Source of the DNA: Marsupella aquatica
Taxonomy: Eukaryota; Plantae; Marchantiophyta
DNA length: 64,000 bases
Direction of reading: 5' to 3'
Assembly (NCBI GenBank): GCA_973895155.1
Contig: OZ316894.1
Span: 19,134,805-19,198,804 of the forward strand
In this document: positions 46,888-59,077 of the stretch, one piece after another
How the letters are laid out: every line of letters starts with the position of its first letter
Position numbering within the stretch: position 1 is the first letter of the stretch
The notes under the pieces: generated by a model
The model's database searches: none
What the model saw: only the letters and a program-made list of their open reading frames with translations
What the model was told of the DNA's origin: nothing
Program-made: the position numbers and the translations under genes

Positions 46888-47643
46888 ATGAGTAGCAACG
46901 GAAGCAACATGAGCAAGGGAAGCAGGCAGACCAAGAGGCCTGCACCGTTGAAGATGGTGAAGGAGGAGGTGAGGCAATATCGACCTCCCGTGATCATCCA
47001 CACCTATTCGCCCAAGATTATCCACGTAGATCCAGCGGAGTTCTCGACGCTCGTTCAAAGTCTTACCGGTCTGACCGGACGAGGGCACAAGCGAAAACCT
47101 GAGGCCTCTCCAAGAGTCATCGAGCCGAAGGCGGACGAGTTTAACTGTCCATCGCCGACTCCCAGTACTGATTCTGGAATCCTTGCTGCCTTTGAAGGAA
47201 CGCATGGATTGCTATCACCTCGTGGACCTCTCGCAAGCTTCGAACCGTTTTATCATCAGTCAGGAGGGTTTGACGGCTCTTGCGCCTCACAGCAAGCTGC
47301 CGCTGACAAGGCCAGTACTATGTTCTCCAACGCCGTCCTCGCAGCTGCGAAAGCTACCGCGGTCACTGGAGGGGCTCAGTACTCGCCATTGTTCTCCTCC
47401 GGGTTTCCCAGTTCTCTGCCACACCTCTTCTCACCGCTGCCTTCGCCCAATTTATTGTCTCCCAGCTTCATGGCAGATTTGCCCGTCCTCTCCCCGGGCT
47501 CATACCAGTCTTTCGATTCCTTCGGTTCGCATCCGTTCGTGCCGTCTCCAGGCTATGGCAAATACACGAGCACGGGGATGGTGCCGTCCCCCGGAAGCAG
47601 CAATGCGTTCAAGGAGATGGCTTTGATGATATCTAGGCAATAG
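46888..47643 (+). CDS. VQ motif-containing protein (MKS1-like), intronless, 251 aa
   Basis: PVIIHTYSPKIIHVDPAEFSTLVQSLTG matches FxxxVQxLTG. The upstream RPAPL motif and multiple Ser-Pro (LLSP, FSP) MAPK-type sites fit this family. Confidence 0.92.
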   Translation: MSSNGSNMSKGSRQTKRPAPLKMVKEEVRQYRPPVIIHTYSPKIIHVDPAEFSTLVQSLTGLTGRGHKRKPEASPRVIEPKADEFNCPSPTPSTDSGILAAFEGTHGLLSPRGPLASFEPFYHQSGGFDGSCASQQAAADKASTMFSNAVLAAAKATAVTGGAQYSPLFSSGFPSSLPHLFSPLPSPNLLSPSFMADLPVLSPGSYQSFDSFGSHPFVPSPGYGKYTSTGMVPSPGSSNAFKEMALMISRQ

Positions 47644-47836
47644 TTCGCGACGACTCGGAGCTTTTTCTCTTCTCCAAGGAGGCTCTGCCTCTTGGGACGG
47701 TAAACTTCACGGTGCCCGCCTCCCTGGCTTTCTCTTTCGAATGACAAAAGGAGGTCACGGCTCGAATGAACGAGCAAGCGCAAGGGAGACGAGGAGAAAC
47801 ACACCAACAATACAGGGATGAGTGGACTTTTAGACA

Positions 47837-47994
47837 GGCATGATCCAACAATATCCACACGGCATGATTCACATCCACCCGGCATGATTCACATCCCAAC
47901 GGCATGATTCTTACACCTACGCAGGCATGATTGAACTCCCAGTCGGGCAAGATTTCGACCAGGCGGGCATGATTCGACCCCAAAACGGCATGAC
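47837..47994. repeat. Seven GGCATGA(TT) motifs at ~20-40 bp spacing downstream of the VQ stop
   Basis: Motif at 47837, 47861, 47881, 47901, 47924, 47966 and 47987, with partly variable spacers. Confidence 0.8.
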
Positions 47995-50900
47995 ATAATT
48001 TGTCGAGAACTTTGTTTAAGCAGAGTCTGTGTGGTGAGCAGTTCGCTTTCCGACAAGGACAAGTGCGGCGCGATATCGCCGTTTGACTTCCCCTGCCATT
48101 GATTTTGGGGACAGTACTACTGTGGCTTTCCCAGTAGCGAGATGGACCTCACATGACGGGGAAGCACGCAGCTAGCGAAGCATACCCGTCCCTCGTGTCT
48201 CTCGAGATTGGCAATTCACGCTGCAGATACATATCCTGCTGCATCGATCCGATTCCAGCTTCTCGGGCAACGCTTCTGAGCTTGCCAGCTCTCTACTATT
48301 TACCGCCTTCGAGTCTCGTAACAGTCACCAATTCAAGGTTGAGAGCGATGACCGGGCATTATGCGAAAATGACCAGAATGATTTGCTCGGCGGTGATTGA
48401 CTGAGAGCATGCGGACGTCAAGCCTTATATTTGCGGCTTGTGGCTGAAGATCGACATAGTCGTCATCCTTCAATGACGGAGCAATGTTGTGGCCCGACCA
48501 GTACAGGGTTTCCTACATTACGAGCTGGATTTGCCGTAGGGAAACTTTATTATCTGATTGTACAATCTCATTGTGTTTCTCGGAATGTTTTAATTGATAA
48601 TTGAACCTTTGGTGTATAGTTCGTACATGTGGATACCTTCCTTGTTCGAGGAATGTGCTACATCACAATCATCGAACTCGGTGTACAGTTCATACATGTA
48701 TATACCTTCCTTTCTCAGGGAACATTAAACCAAGTCATTTCGCTCGTGAGATTGCTTCTACTACACATGTGTCACTTGTGGGGATTGATTTTGGACGAAT
48801 TCATCTATGTGCTTCAGTCTCCAATGGTAGCAGTCTCATCTGCTAGCTTGTGACGAAGAGTTTTGTTATCAATCTGTACCGGAAGAGCACTGAGTAGTTC
48901 CTTCGTCTGGAATTTATTGGATCACGCACTGTAAATAAGAACTGTGTAAAATTTCTACTGTTGCGCGAGGTGCATTCTAAATGGTCGCTCTAGTCGTGCA
49001 TAATTCTATTGCTCTTTCCGTGGCTTCATGAGACCTTCGCTTTGTCTCAGGATCCTAAGACATCGTGACTGCCTCGACGAGGTTTCGTTGTCATGCAGTG
49101 TGGGCAAGTGGTTTAGATTGAAATGGCTGTCTGTGAGTATGTTAGATTAAAGATCGCTAAATCCGATTGGTATGGTTTGTCGAGGAACAATATAATTAAG
49201 CGTCTGCAAGTCTTTGGATTGCAATGGCGAGACCTGTCGATGTCCACACAGGCGTCTTCACCATTGCTGGAGTTTTCTTCGTTGGCCTTGTTTGCCCTCT
49301 GGATTGTCTGGGGTGCGATCCAGCCTCTGTAGTACTCGGCTCCGATTCTTACAACGATCACCTTACGAAGAAATTGAACTTCGTGAAACCCGTAACTTCG
49401 TGAAACCCGTCGACTTTGTGAAACCCGTTGATCATTATTTTTGGCAGGAACTTCTACCAGTAACCGTGGATTATCATCGCAAACTCAAACGTTGGGGCAT
49501 ACAAAAGTCTCTACTCCAGAAATTCTCCAGCGGCACCTTCCTCGTCACTTTCCCGCCAGGTAAGTTACGTACAGTACTGCGCAATTCCTGGCCCTCGAAT
49601 GCTTCCAGAATCCAGAGACTACCGTTTGAATTCATTGGCATCTGGTGGTGAAAGCTCGACTGGAGAAGGTTTGGTTTGGAACCTTGTCGGCGACGATTTC
49701 CGCGCACAGAATTCAGTAAACACGTATATCGAACAAGGGGGTCATGTGCGTCTTGATGAGGAAGCTAAGTACTGCACGTTTTCAACGAATGATTTAAGAT
49801 TAAATTTCATTCAACATCCAGCCAGAGACGACATTGGAACTGAACGTCCTCCCCGGAAACCATGTCCTTTGTCAAAACAAGATGGACTCACGAAACGTAT
49901 TGATTAGCTGTTAGGCCGGCCGTGGAGGATCTCGTTCAGAAGACTAAGAAAGGGTTTTATAGTCGCGATGGCGTTTCTCGAGTTGCGACTGATAACACGA
50001 GTCCTTGCGTTCAATTTGATCAAGCGACTGAAACCCTCAGAGGAATTCTCACGCTCTTAATGTGATTCACTTCGATTTGTCACTTGACGAATAGGACAAC
50101 AGTAGTTCATCATGTGAGGACATAAATTTCCTGGACTTATCATTGCGCAGGAATGCAGTCACTCGTCCAGAGGTGATCTGTGGACGGCTATATCAATCAA
50201 CTGTTTATCCATTCTCTGATTCCACCGTATTCATACAGACATTTCCACCCCCATATCGAACAGTTGCTGATTCGAGCACGGATAGTCTCCGAGGCTACAG
50301 TTCCCGTGAACTGTTTGGGTCGAGTAGGTATTTCGTCGATGAATTCTATCAAACCAGCAGATTGCAAATCTTCTCTCTCTGGGCACACTTTTGTGTCAAA
50401 GTAGTACGCAAGTGTGAGTTGTAAGCAAGTGTGAGTTGAGAGCTGATTTCGAAATCCATGGAGCACATTGGAGGTCCGTCCATTATAGAGAACGAGCTCG
50501 CGTCTCACGTAGAGGCCAAGATTGCAAGGAACCGAACTTCATACACACTACCGGCTTTTATATCCTGTCTCTGATCTTTGGAATTTCGATCTAGAGTACC
50601 ACATAGAAACCCATTTCGCTGGGAACGAAAGAGCACGTTATCAATGTATCACAGTTTTCTCACTGAAATCACAAACTGTTTGATTGGGATGTTCGCGCCT
50701 CGTTCAACAAATTAGACTCTTACATTGACGTCGCATAACTATGCGTTCCAGTCAAGTGTAAGTTGTTGCGAATTTCAATCTGTTTGCCAGGACGGCTTTA
50801 TTATTAGATCGTATCGCCACAAAGATTTGGAACGGACTTCGTGTGTGCCATGCGACAGTACTGTTCTGTTGTGTGCGCGCTACCAGAGGGCAACCGTGGA

Positions 50901-51099
50901 AAGCGGAATCTGGCAGAGTCAGCAACTTGCATAGCTTTCGTGTCCTTGCATGACCCAACTCGCACATCTAGCTGTGGGCTACGCGTAGCTGTGGGCTATA
51001 TATAAAGTAACCCATGGGCTGAAGCAAGCTATAGGGTGTAATCCGGTAATACCTACAGTAGGAGGTTACAGCCCATGGCCCGAGCAGCCCATGCTTTAT

Positions 51100-51305
51100 T
51101 TAGTGTAAACCCTCTTTGTGAACCTTGAAAAATAATTCCATAACCCCTTAACTGCCCACGCTTTACTCAAAGTAAACCCTTCTTGTGAATCTTAAAAATT
51201 GATCCTTATGAGGAGTTATGGCCACGGTCTGTGCCCAGCATCACAGGCCATAACCTGAGCATTACCCAGAGTAAACCCTCCTTGTGAGTCCTCAAAAATT
51301 ATGCT
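51100..51305. repeat. Three dispersed GTAAACCCT...TTGTGA...AAAAAT units, probable MITE/TE remnant
   Basis: Copies at ~51105, 51172 and 51271, with a nearby GCTGTGGGCTA duplication at 50971-50998. Confidence 0.55.
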
Positions 51306-52029
51306 TACCAGGAGTCGCAGAGTGCCAGTATCAAACAGGCTTAAATTAGGGAATCTTGGGGCGAGGCCGGGGGTGATGGTGGGCGACTCACACCATCATT
51401 ATTGTAATCTACATTAAAGACAGTTCTCTCAAAGAGAAATGCTTGGGCTATATCATCCTGTTCAGTGGACTTTCTTCAACTTTGCACTTATGGATGTCTC
51501 GACAGTGTAATGACATTCATGGCCTCATGGGTGTCACTATCCCCTGTGACAGTCGAGAAGCTGTCTCCTGGTATAACTATAACATTTATTCTCTGGAAAC
51601 AGCTATATAATCCATAAGAGTACACATTAGCATTTTATGCCCTTACCCACAAGTCTACAATACTCTTACAGATGCTTGTGCACTTGCACTTATATATCTG
51701 CCACTCAGCAGAGACCTCGTTGCACTAAAAATGTGCAGTAGTACAAACTGGTCAGGAAAAAGAGGACAGAATGGTACGCCTTGCAATAAGCCAGGATTTG
51801 CTCTTCTATTGTGCACTTAGGAAGAGGCGACTCAAAAGGCATCCTGATCAAGAACTCTGGTATATAATTATCCAGACGCCTTTGACATTCACTCACTTAC
51901 GTATGATTCTGATTTCTGACGTTGGTCAATGGGGCTCGACTCATGAAGGACCAGACTACTGTAGGTCTGTACCTTAATATATAGTCAGTCTTAAAGTCTA
52001 TCATTACTCATAGTCATACTCCAGGAAGG

Positions 52030-52140
52030 AGTCCAGGGTTGTTCCTGGTGACGGGGGCACCTCTGAGGATCCACAAGAAAGTGTTCAGTCCAGGGTTGTT
52101 CCAGATGACGAGGGCAGCTCTGAGGATCCCATAAGACAGT
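52030..52140. repeat. ~57-bp tandem duplication
   Basis: AGTCCAGGGTTGTTCC(T/A)G(G/A)TGACG(G/A)GGGCA(C/G)CTCTGAGGATCC occurs twice. Confidence 0.8.
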
Positions 52141-54609
52141 GTGTCAGCAGTTACGAGTCAGTAAAATTCGAACGACGCCTACAAGCCTTGAATACTATTT
52201 TCCTAGAGTGCCCATAACTGGCCAGGCTACGCAAGGGCATTTGAAAGCAGTAAAATCTCAATGTGTATAAGATTTGAGTTTGACTTCGGTATGAATAAAG
52301 GAGATGGAGAACCAGAACTAGAGGGAATGAAATTGTTACCAGGGCATTATGGCCAAAAATAGTCCCGCAGAACTTGGGCTGTCGGTCTGGTGTTTTGGGG
52401 CATTGTAGCCCACAATGCCCTGGGAACGGGAGTTACTATGTGCAAAATCTATGCCTCATCCAAGTATGTGTGCAGGTTCTCTCTACGGTGGTCCCGCATG
52501 CTCCCTTCCACCTCGGTCTGCTATTCGTCAGTCAACGGTGCTCGCATGATTACCAACAGACCTACACGAGGTCCTTTGGAGGCAAGTCTTAAGGTCTACC
52601 CTTGCCGACTGACCCGTGATGATAACAGTCCAGCCTGATTTGCTGACTTGCTTCCGCAGAACCAGCACGCTTGAAGCAACAGAAAGCTAAATCGTCATCG
52701 ATTGAAGTACTTGTATTTACGTCCGAGAGTTTTCACACGGTCTCCTGAACTACGTATGTGGAATTGTAGGCAGTCAGAGCACACCAAGACGGACTTTGCA
52801 TTTCACAGAATTCATGAAATTCCTAAGACTGGTGGGAGTCTTCTCATACATCGGATCGGACTTGACAGACAACTTGCAAGTGCAATTGATCAGAATCCTG
52901 CGCAGACATTCCCACTATGATTGCAACGCAGTGAGTGTATGTCAAAGTCGTGGACAGGTACATTGTTCTACGCATAAAATTACGGTATCATTCCGTCGAC
53001 ATTTAACGGTCCCTTTGAAAAATTGAAAGAAAGTAGTGTACTGCATGACGAAAGTGTTCTGGCTTCCTAGATGAAATCATGTTAATTGCATACTCTCACA
53101 TGAAAATCGTTGTGTCGGTCGGGATTGAACTAGGCCTCGAACTAGGCATGCTATCCGCAATCGTCATAGATCGCACCGGGAGAAGTGCGCAAATTAGGAA
53201 GTCAGCAAGTCAATAGACGCAATTCCCCCAGGTCGTCGAGTCGGAAACTGACCCTTGCAGGCACAGACAGCCAGCCAGCCCCCTCTTTCTGTCCCTCCTT
53301 CCAGCCTCCTTCCCCTTCCTGATCAGCTGCGCCGGACAAACGGAAATTGCTCACGCCAGAAGTCATGCGGAGCCTGCTTTCTCGTCACTTCATCCATCCA
53401 GCCAGGGTTTTTTGTTTCACGCCAGAAGTCTGCTGCCATCTTGGAACTTGATCCAGGGATTTTGGACTTCGGGGAAGCGCAGCCTTTGGCTCTTATAAGG
53501 TGGTCTGATGCATTTATCACACGTTTTACGGCTGCTGCTGGCAGCTGCAACACGGCCAATCTGCAAGCTCTAGGAAATGGGTGTTGTTGTCGATCGACAG
53601 AAAGTGCCAGTTACTGTTCCAGTTCCGTCATTTCTACGAAGCAAAAAGGCACACGGCCTTTCTTAAATTCTAATTAACAATTCGTGAACGTGTGCCTTTG
53701 GAGGTGGCAGGAAGGTTCAAGCTGAGGATCAGGGTGGGGAGGCAATAGGTGGAGAACCGTGTGCCTCTGCAAAGCTGAATTGAATAAAATAAGACTTAAT
53801 GCTAGTACTAACTGGGGAAAGTTTATTCTTTATACTTCTTTACAGAGGGAAACCTCAACCCTTTTGATCTCCGTGTTTGGTGAAGGCTATGGTCCACCAA
53901 CTGCAATCAATTAAAGGGACCCATGGCAAAAGCAAGTAGGGCACCAAGAAAATATAACCAAGGACCAAACTCGAAAACCTTGCAGAAACCAGTTGGGCGC
54001 AACCCCCTAAGCCAGACAGAGAACCGCCCTGGACTCCAATAGTTGCCATTCCTTGGATGTAAATAGAGACAAAGATAAAAGGAACTTAGTTTGCGAACAA
54101 AAAAAACATTCTAAGTATGCTATTTCCTTTCCATTTTTGCCCCATCCCAGTAAGTATGTCTCCCCTCATTTTGGTCCCTCCTCATTTTCAATTATGTCCT
54201 TGATTAGTCACTGTCATTTTTGTCCTTTATTGAGAGTTACGGGCTAGAGGTTTCATTCTAGTAACACGAAAGCGCTAGAAAGTAACTTTGTGTCATGCTT
54301 GATTAGCCCAATCACCCCTTCCTTGAACATAAATAGATATGAAGACAACAAAAAAAATCTTACAAAAATTGGATTCTATGCTATTTCCTGTTCATCTTTG
54401 CCGCATCCTTCCTTTTCGTTCATCCTCATTTCAGTTTTGTCTTTATTAAGACTCAATGTCACTTTTGTTCATCTTTGCTCCCTTTATTGTACATCCTCAT
54501 TTTCAATTTTGTCCTTATTTAAAATCATTGTCAGTTTTGTCCTTATTGAGGGTTAAAGTCTAGAGGCTTCAAGTCTCTAGACTCTAGACCTTCAAAGTAC
54601 AGTAGCTTT

Positions 54610-57000
54610 TGAATTATTATTATTATTATTGAAAAAGGGGGGGCGCATGGTCCGTCAATAACATGCAAGGGGACAAACACCACCCAAGAAAGAAAGAAAC
54701 GGGCCCGACACCCAGGGGCTGGACAACCCTGCAAACCACAAAACCCTAGTCAGGCCAGGGGATCCGACACAACCACCATACACTATCCTCACTAGAGTCA
54801 CGAGAGTCATTCTTGCTACATTGAGTGGCTCTCCCACTAGTAGAATGCTGTCTACTCCTACTCCTACTCCACTCAGTATGGTATTGCCTACTCTAGTATA
54901 ACTCTTATCCATGACTGCAGTTGGTAGTCAATTTGTGCTTAGGGTTCCTGAGATTGGTCCACCTATCCTTGTGCATCCAGCCCTGGTCATCCTGACTGTT
55001 ACAAACCCATGTGAACTCTCCCAACCAAGTATTGCTGAGTTTCAATCATCCGTGTCAAGAGAAATAGGGTTCTCAATTGTCTTCCATTGTTGAAGCACCC
55101 TATGGAGTTGATTCCTTTTCCTTTCAGACAGGCTGATGTCCAACATAGTGTTGAGATGGATCTCAGTCTGTCTTAGCACAACCCATCCGCGGAGTCTCCC
55201 CAAGAACTGGGAATCTCAGTAATCATGGGTTTGCATCTTAATAGCAGTTTTCAAGATGTTGTAAAATGATCCTTGAGTGACTGACATTGTATCTAACCCA
55301 TTGAGCAGAGTGCACACCTCCCTCCACCTAGCAATAACAATGTTGCAGCTAAAGAACATGTGTTCAATGTTTTCAACTTGTACCTTACACCAATTGCACA
55401 TGCCGTCTAACACCCCCCAATGTTGAGCCCTGCCATTAGAAGGAGATGTGCCCAAGCCTGAGTGTTCTCCCACCCTCGGGGGTTTCACTTCCACAAAAAT
55501 GGCATATCACGTGCGACGAAGGATAGGGTCGTTTTATTGGTTCTAAGGGAAGACTTAAGAATTTTTGTAGAAGAACAATAGGGTCTTTTAAATTCAATTT
55601 TGAGACTTATAAGAACATTAGGGCCTTTTTAATCCAATTTTGAGAATATTCCAAGAATATTCCAACTTTATAGGGGTTAAAAACTAAAAAAAATTCTTAC
55701 ATTTTAGGGGGTCTGAGGCCTAAAAACATCGCAGGCGATGGGGAGGTCCCCATATAGTGAGACCCCCGAGCTCCCACCAGTTGAGGGGGACATCTCCGCT
55801 TTCTTGGATTCTTGATGGTGTGCGTCTCCATCTCCTCAAGATCCTCTCTGCTGCTGTTTCCCGTTGTCACCTTAGTCAAGGCCTGCCCTTGTAAATTTTG
55901 GTTTGATTACTTGAGTGTGATGACTGTTCGTCAGCAGAGCTTGCAGGGATGTCCTGGAAGCCCGATTCCTTGATGGGGGAGCTTGGGATTGATTTCTTGG
56001 TGTTGTGCAACATTGTTGGCGCTCTCTGAAATCTCAAGAGGTATGGATGGGATTGGAGCAATCTCTCCTTCTTCAAGTTCTGCTATCTCAGATAATGTTG
56101 TGAATGAGTTGTTCCCGTCCAGGCTTTTTATTCTTGTCCCAACATTCTCTTTTCCCCTTTGCTTGGGTGTGAGCTGTCACCTCAGTAAACCCATCCTTGT
56201 CAGTTAGGCCTTGTGTTTCCCCTTTGCCCTGTTGTGCATGTATGTGTGTTTTTGGCAGTCCTGCTGTGCAGCCTGTTGACTTAATTGGGTTTTTTACGAC
56301 AGTATTAATTTGGCAATGTGGCCACGTTGCTTACAAGCAAAGCAAGCATCTAGGAGAGTGCAATATATAACATCCACAAAAAAACTCCGATATTGGGGAT
56401 AGTCCGTTCCATGTATTCCACCAGGTTCACATTTAGATTGCATAGTACACAACCACATACTAATATGTGAAAATTTGCTTCTAGCAAAGTCGGTCTGTGC
56501 ATATATAGAGCACCTGACCAATTTTAGCTAGCATCTGGTTGACATAATACTCAAATGCAGAATTAGGAGCAAGAGATCAACCGAGACCGGGCCGGGCTCT
56601 GGCAGATCACATTGCTTAATTTAGCATCAAAATCAGGTGTTCACAACATAGCAATTATTTACCATTTTCCTGCCCATGTTCAGTTATGGTTCAAGCTGCA
56701 TAATAGAGTTTAATTTGTTCTTCAAGTGTGGACACAATGATCAGAATAGTGTATCTAGCCAGAACTTTGATCTGCTCAATGAATATTCTCATTCTTCTGC
56801 CAATCACATCATGGGCCCATTCTTCAAAATAATCTCTGAATGGATTGAAATCTTAACGAGACCATTGCTCAACCGTCCTCACTGTCTGCACAAGCAACCA
56901 GGCAAGTAACCAAACACTTTGGTAAGTAACCCATAGGATCTAGGCCTTCCAATACTAGCATCCCAACTCAAGCTCAACAGACATTGGTAACTAGGTCAGC
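54610..57000 (-). mobile_element. Degenerate LINE: ORF1 remnant joined to ORF2 zf-RVT C-terminus and 3' UTR, interrupted by a MITE
   Basis: ORF1-type knuckle DACFACKQRGHIA (~56310-56352). zf-RVT GMCNWCKVQVENIEHMFFSC..VIARW (~55325-55405). The (TAA)n-like tail appears as ATTATTATT at ~54614-54630 on the + strand. Confidence 0.7.
55475..55770. mobile_element. MITE, 296 bp, 15-bp TIRs, 8-bp TSD
   Basis: TIRs CTCGGGGGTTTCACT / AGTGAGACCCCCGAG. Perfect TSD CTCCCACC at 55467-55474 and 55771-55778. Confidence 0.95.
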
Positions 57001-57023
57001 GAATAGAACCTCCCGGGCCCGCA

Positions 57024-57320
57024 CTCGGGGGTCTCACTATATGGGGACCTCCCCATCACCTGCGACGTTTTTAGGCCTCGGACCCCCTAAAATGTAAGAA
57101 TTTTTTTTTAGTTTTTAACCCCTATAAAGTTGGAATATTCTTGGAATATTCTCAAAATTGGATTAAAAAGACCCTAATGTTCTTATCAGTCTCAAAATTG
57201 AATTTAAAAGACCCTATTGTTCTTCTACAAAAATTCTTAAGTCTTTCCTTAGAACCAATAAAATGACCCTATCCTTCGTCGCACGTGATATACCATTTTT
57301 GTGGAAGTGAAACCCCCGAG
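57024..57320. mobile_element. MITE, 297 bp, near-identical inverted copy of 55475-55770, 8-bp TSD
   Basis: TIRs CTCGGGGGTCTCACT / AGTGAAACCCCCGAG. Perfect TSD GGCCCGCA at 57016-57023 and 57321-57328. Confidence 0.95.
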
Positions 57321-58844
57321 GGCCCGCATGGCCTTGCCATAAGCGAAAGCCAAAGCCAACACCCACTTTCGTCCAAAACAGCCCCTCTTGTGGTGTTGCC
57401 CATGATTCCCCACTTTCTATCCGTAACTAGCTAATCGCCCTGCCCCTTGGACATGCTCATGGCCCAAAAAGCTTACTAGCTTGTCCCAAAGCTTGTTGTA
57501 AAATGTTGGGACCAGGTTGGCCCCAACTCTAGTAACCAACTCCAAGGTTCCCACTCAACTGATAGTCTGGGGGCCATGCAAACGTACTTGGAACTTGATC
57601 TCCATGCCTACCCAATGCAAGTTCCCATGGGAGACATACTGAACGCGACTTGGCTGCTGTTACGATAGAATTTGACAAGCGAGCGAGATAGCCCCTACAA
57701 ACCCCAAGAATCTATGGCACCCGCATACCTTGATGAGCTCAAGAGGATGTAGTTCTCCTCAAGATCTTTCCAAGACTTCTTGTTGAGAAGTTCTCACCAT
57801 TTTTGTTTGACGTTTCCTCTTGGTGTCGCGATCATCGTGGCTGATGACTTGGGCTTGCCCTTGGCCCTCAGGGAGACACCACTCCCCTCATATTTTATTT
57901 TGGAGACCTGACACCCCTGGAACTACTTTGGTGACCCCCATATTTTGGCCCCCACCTGGACTCCAACCCGCATGCATGGGCATGCAAATAACTTGCCATG
58001 CCCATAACTTTCTAGCTAGACGTCTGTAGGCAGAGTGCCTTAAGTAGTCTGTGTGATTGCGCCAACCCAGTGCTCATGCATAGGTCCTTAGAACCTGTCG
58101 TCACTTGGGGGTCCAGGGCGATCACACCTGGGCCGCGCCATATCTCATGTGCCAAGCATCCGTTGGTGCATGAAGTAAACTTTGTTAGCCTTGGGCCCAA
58201 GAGGAGCTCTCACTCAAGCCCTCACAACTCAAAGTCCCTCCAGGGGTCCAAATGGTCCACCCTAAGCCCGGCCCTTTCACATGATTTGACTAGATAGTCT
58301 AAATCCTTAGTGTGCGTCACCAGCTGAGCGCCTTGCCCTTGCTAGTGCAATGCCTTATTGCCCACTAGTCTCATCATACTTAGTCCCCATCGAATGGCCA
58401 TTTTGTGGGCTTGGACCATACTTAGAGGAGCTCAGCGTCGGAGTCAGCGACACCAGAGCTTTAAAATATTAATTAAGGTAGTCGAGTTCCATGACTTTGT
58501 GGTTGAATGTTTCTTCTAGGTTAAGTACATCTTGCCTCTTTGCCATGGGTTCCCTTGGGCTCTGCAAGAAAGTTTTACATGCATTAAATTCCTCCCTTGC
58601 ATAGCTAGATGCTTTCTCCATGGAACGTTGTGTCTGGGGTATGCAACTCCCCTTTTTATACGGCAAGTTATTAATTCCTTATAATGGTCATATATCCAAT
58701 TGACCATCTTAGATTTTATTTTAGTCTTCTAAAGTCTTGTACCTCTCAACTTAAGGAATCAAAAATGTAACTTAAAAAGAAAACCAAACATGTTTTAATG
58801 TACTAAAAGTTGATCAAAACCAAATTATATGGGTTTTTTTAATA

Positions 58845-59077
58845 CATGGGTCTACAGCCAAACTAGCCAGCTTTTCAGGATTTTTATTAAAATTTTAAAA
58901 ATCTTTTAATAAAAATTCCAGCATGTGTAAGAATATTTTTAATTTCATATGGAAAAGGAAGAAAACCAAACCTTTTACATGACTTGAAAATTTTTAAAAA
59001 TGGAAAACCCAGGTTTTTTGAAATTTTATTATTTTGTATAGCCAACTTTTTAGTCCGTATAAAAATGTAGACCCCTG
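58845..59077. mobile_element. Possible small hAT-like MITE remnant
   Basis: Ends CATGGGTCTACA and TGTAGACCCCTG are an 11/12 inverted match around an AT-rich core. No TSD is visible. Confidence 0.35.

Noticed and set aside
48100-53700. Short ORFs (e.g. 49123-49332, 49214-49651, 53255-53677) as a protein-coding gene or miRNA locus
   Set aside because: No recognisable domain, no consistent exon chain, and no conserved plant miRNA sequence or long fold-back spotted. A lncRNA cannot be excluded.
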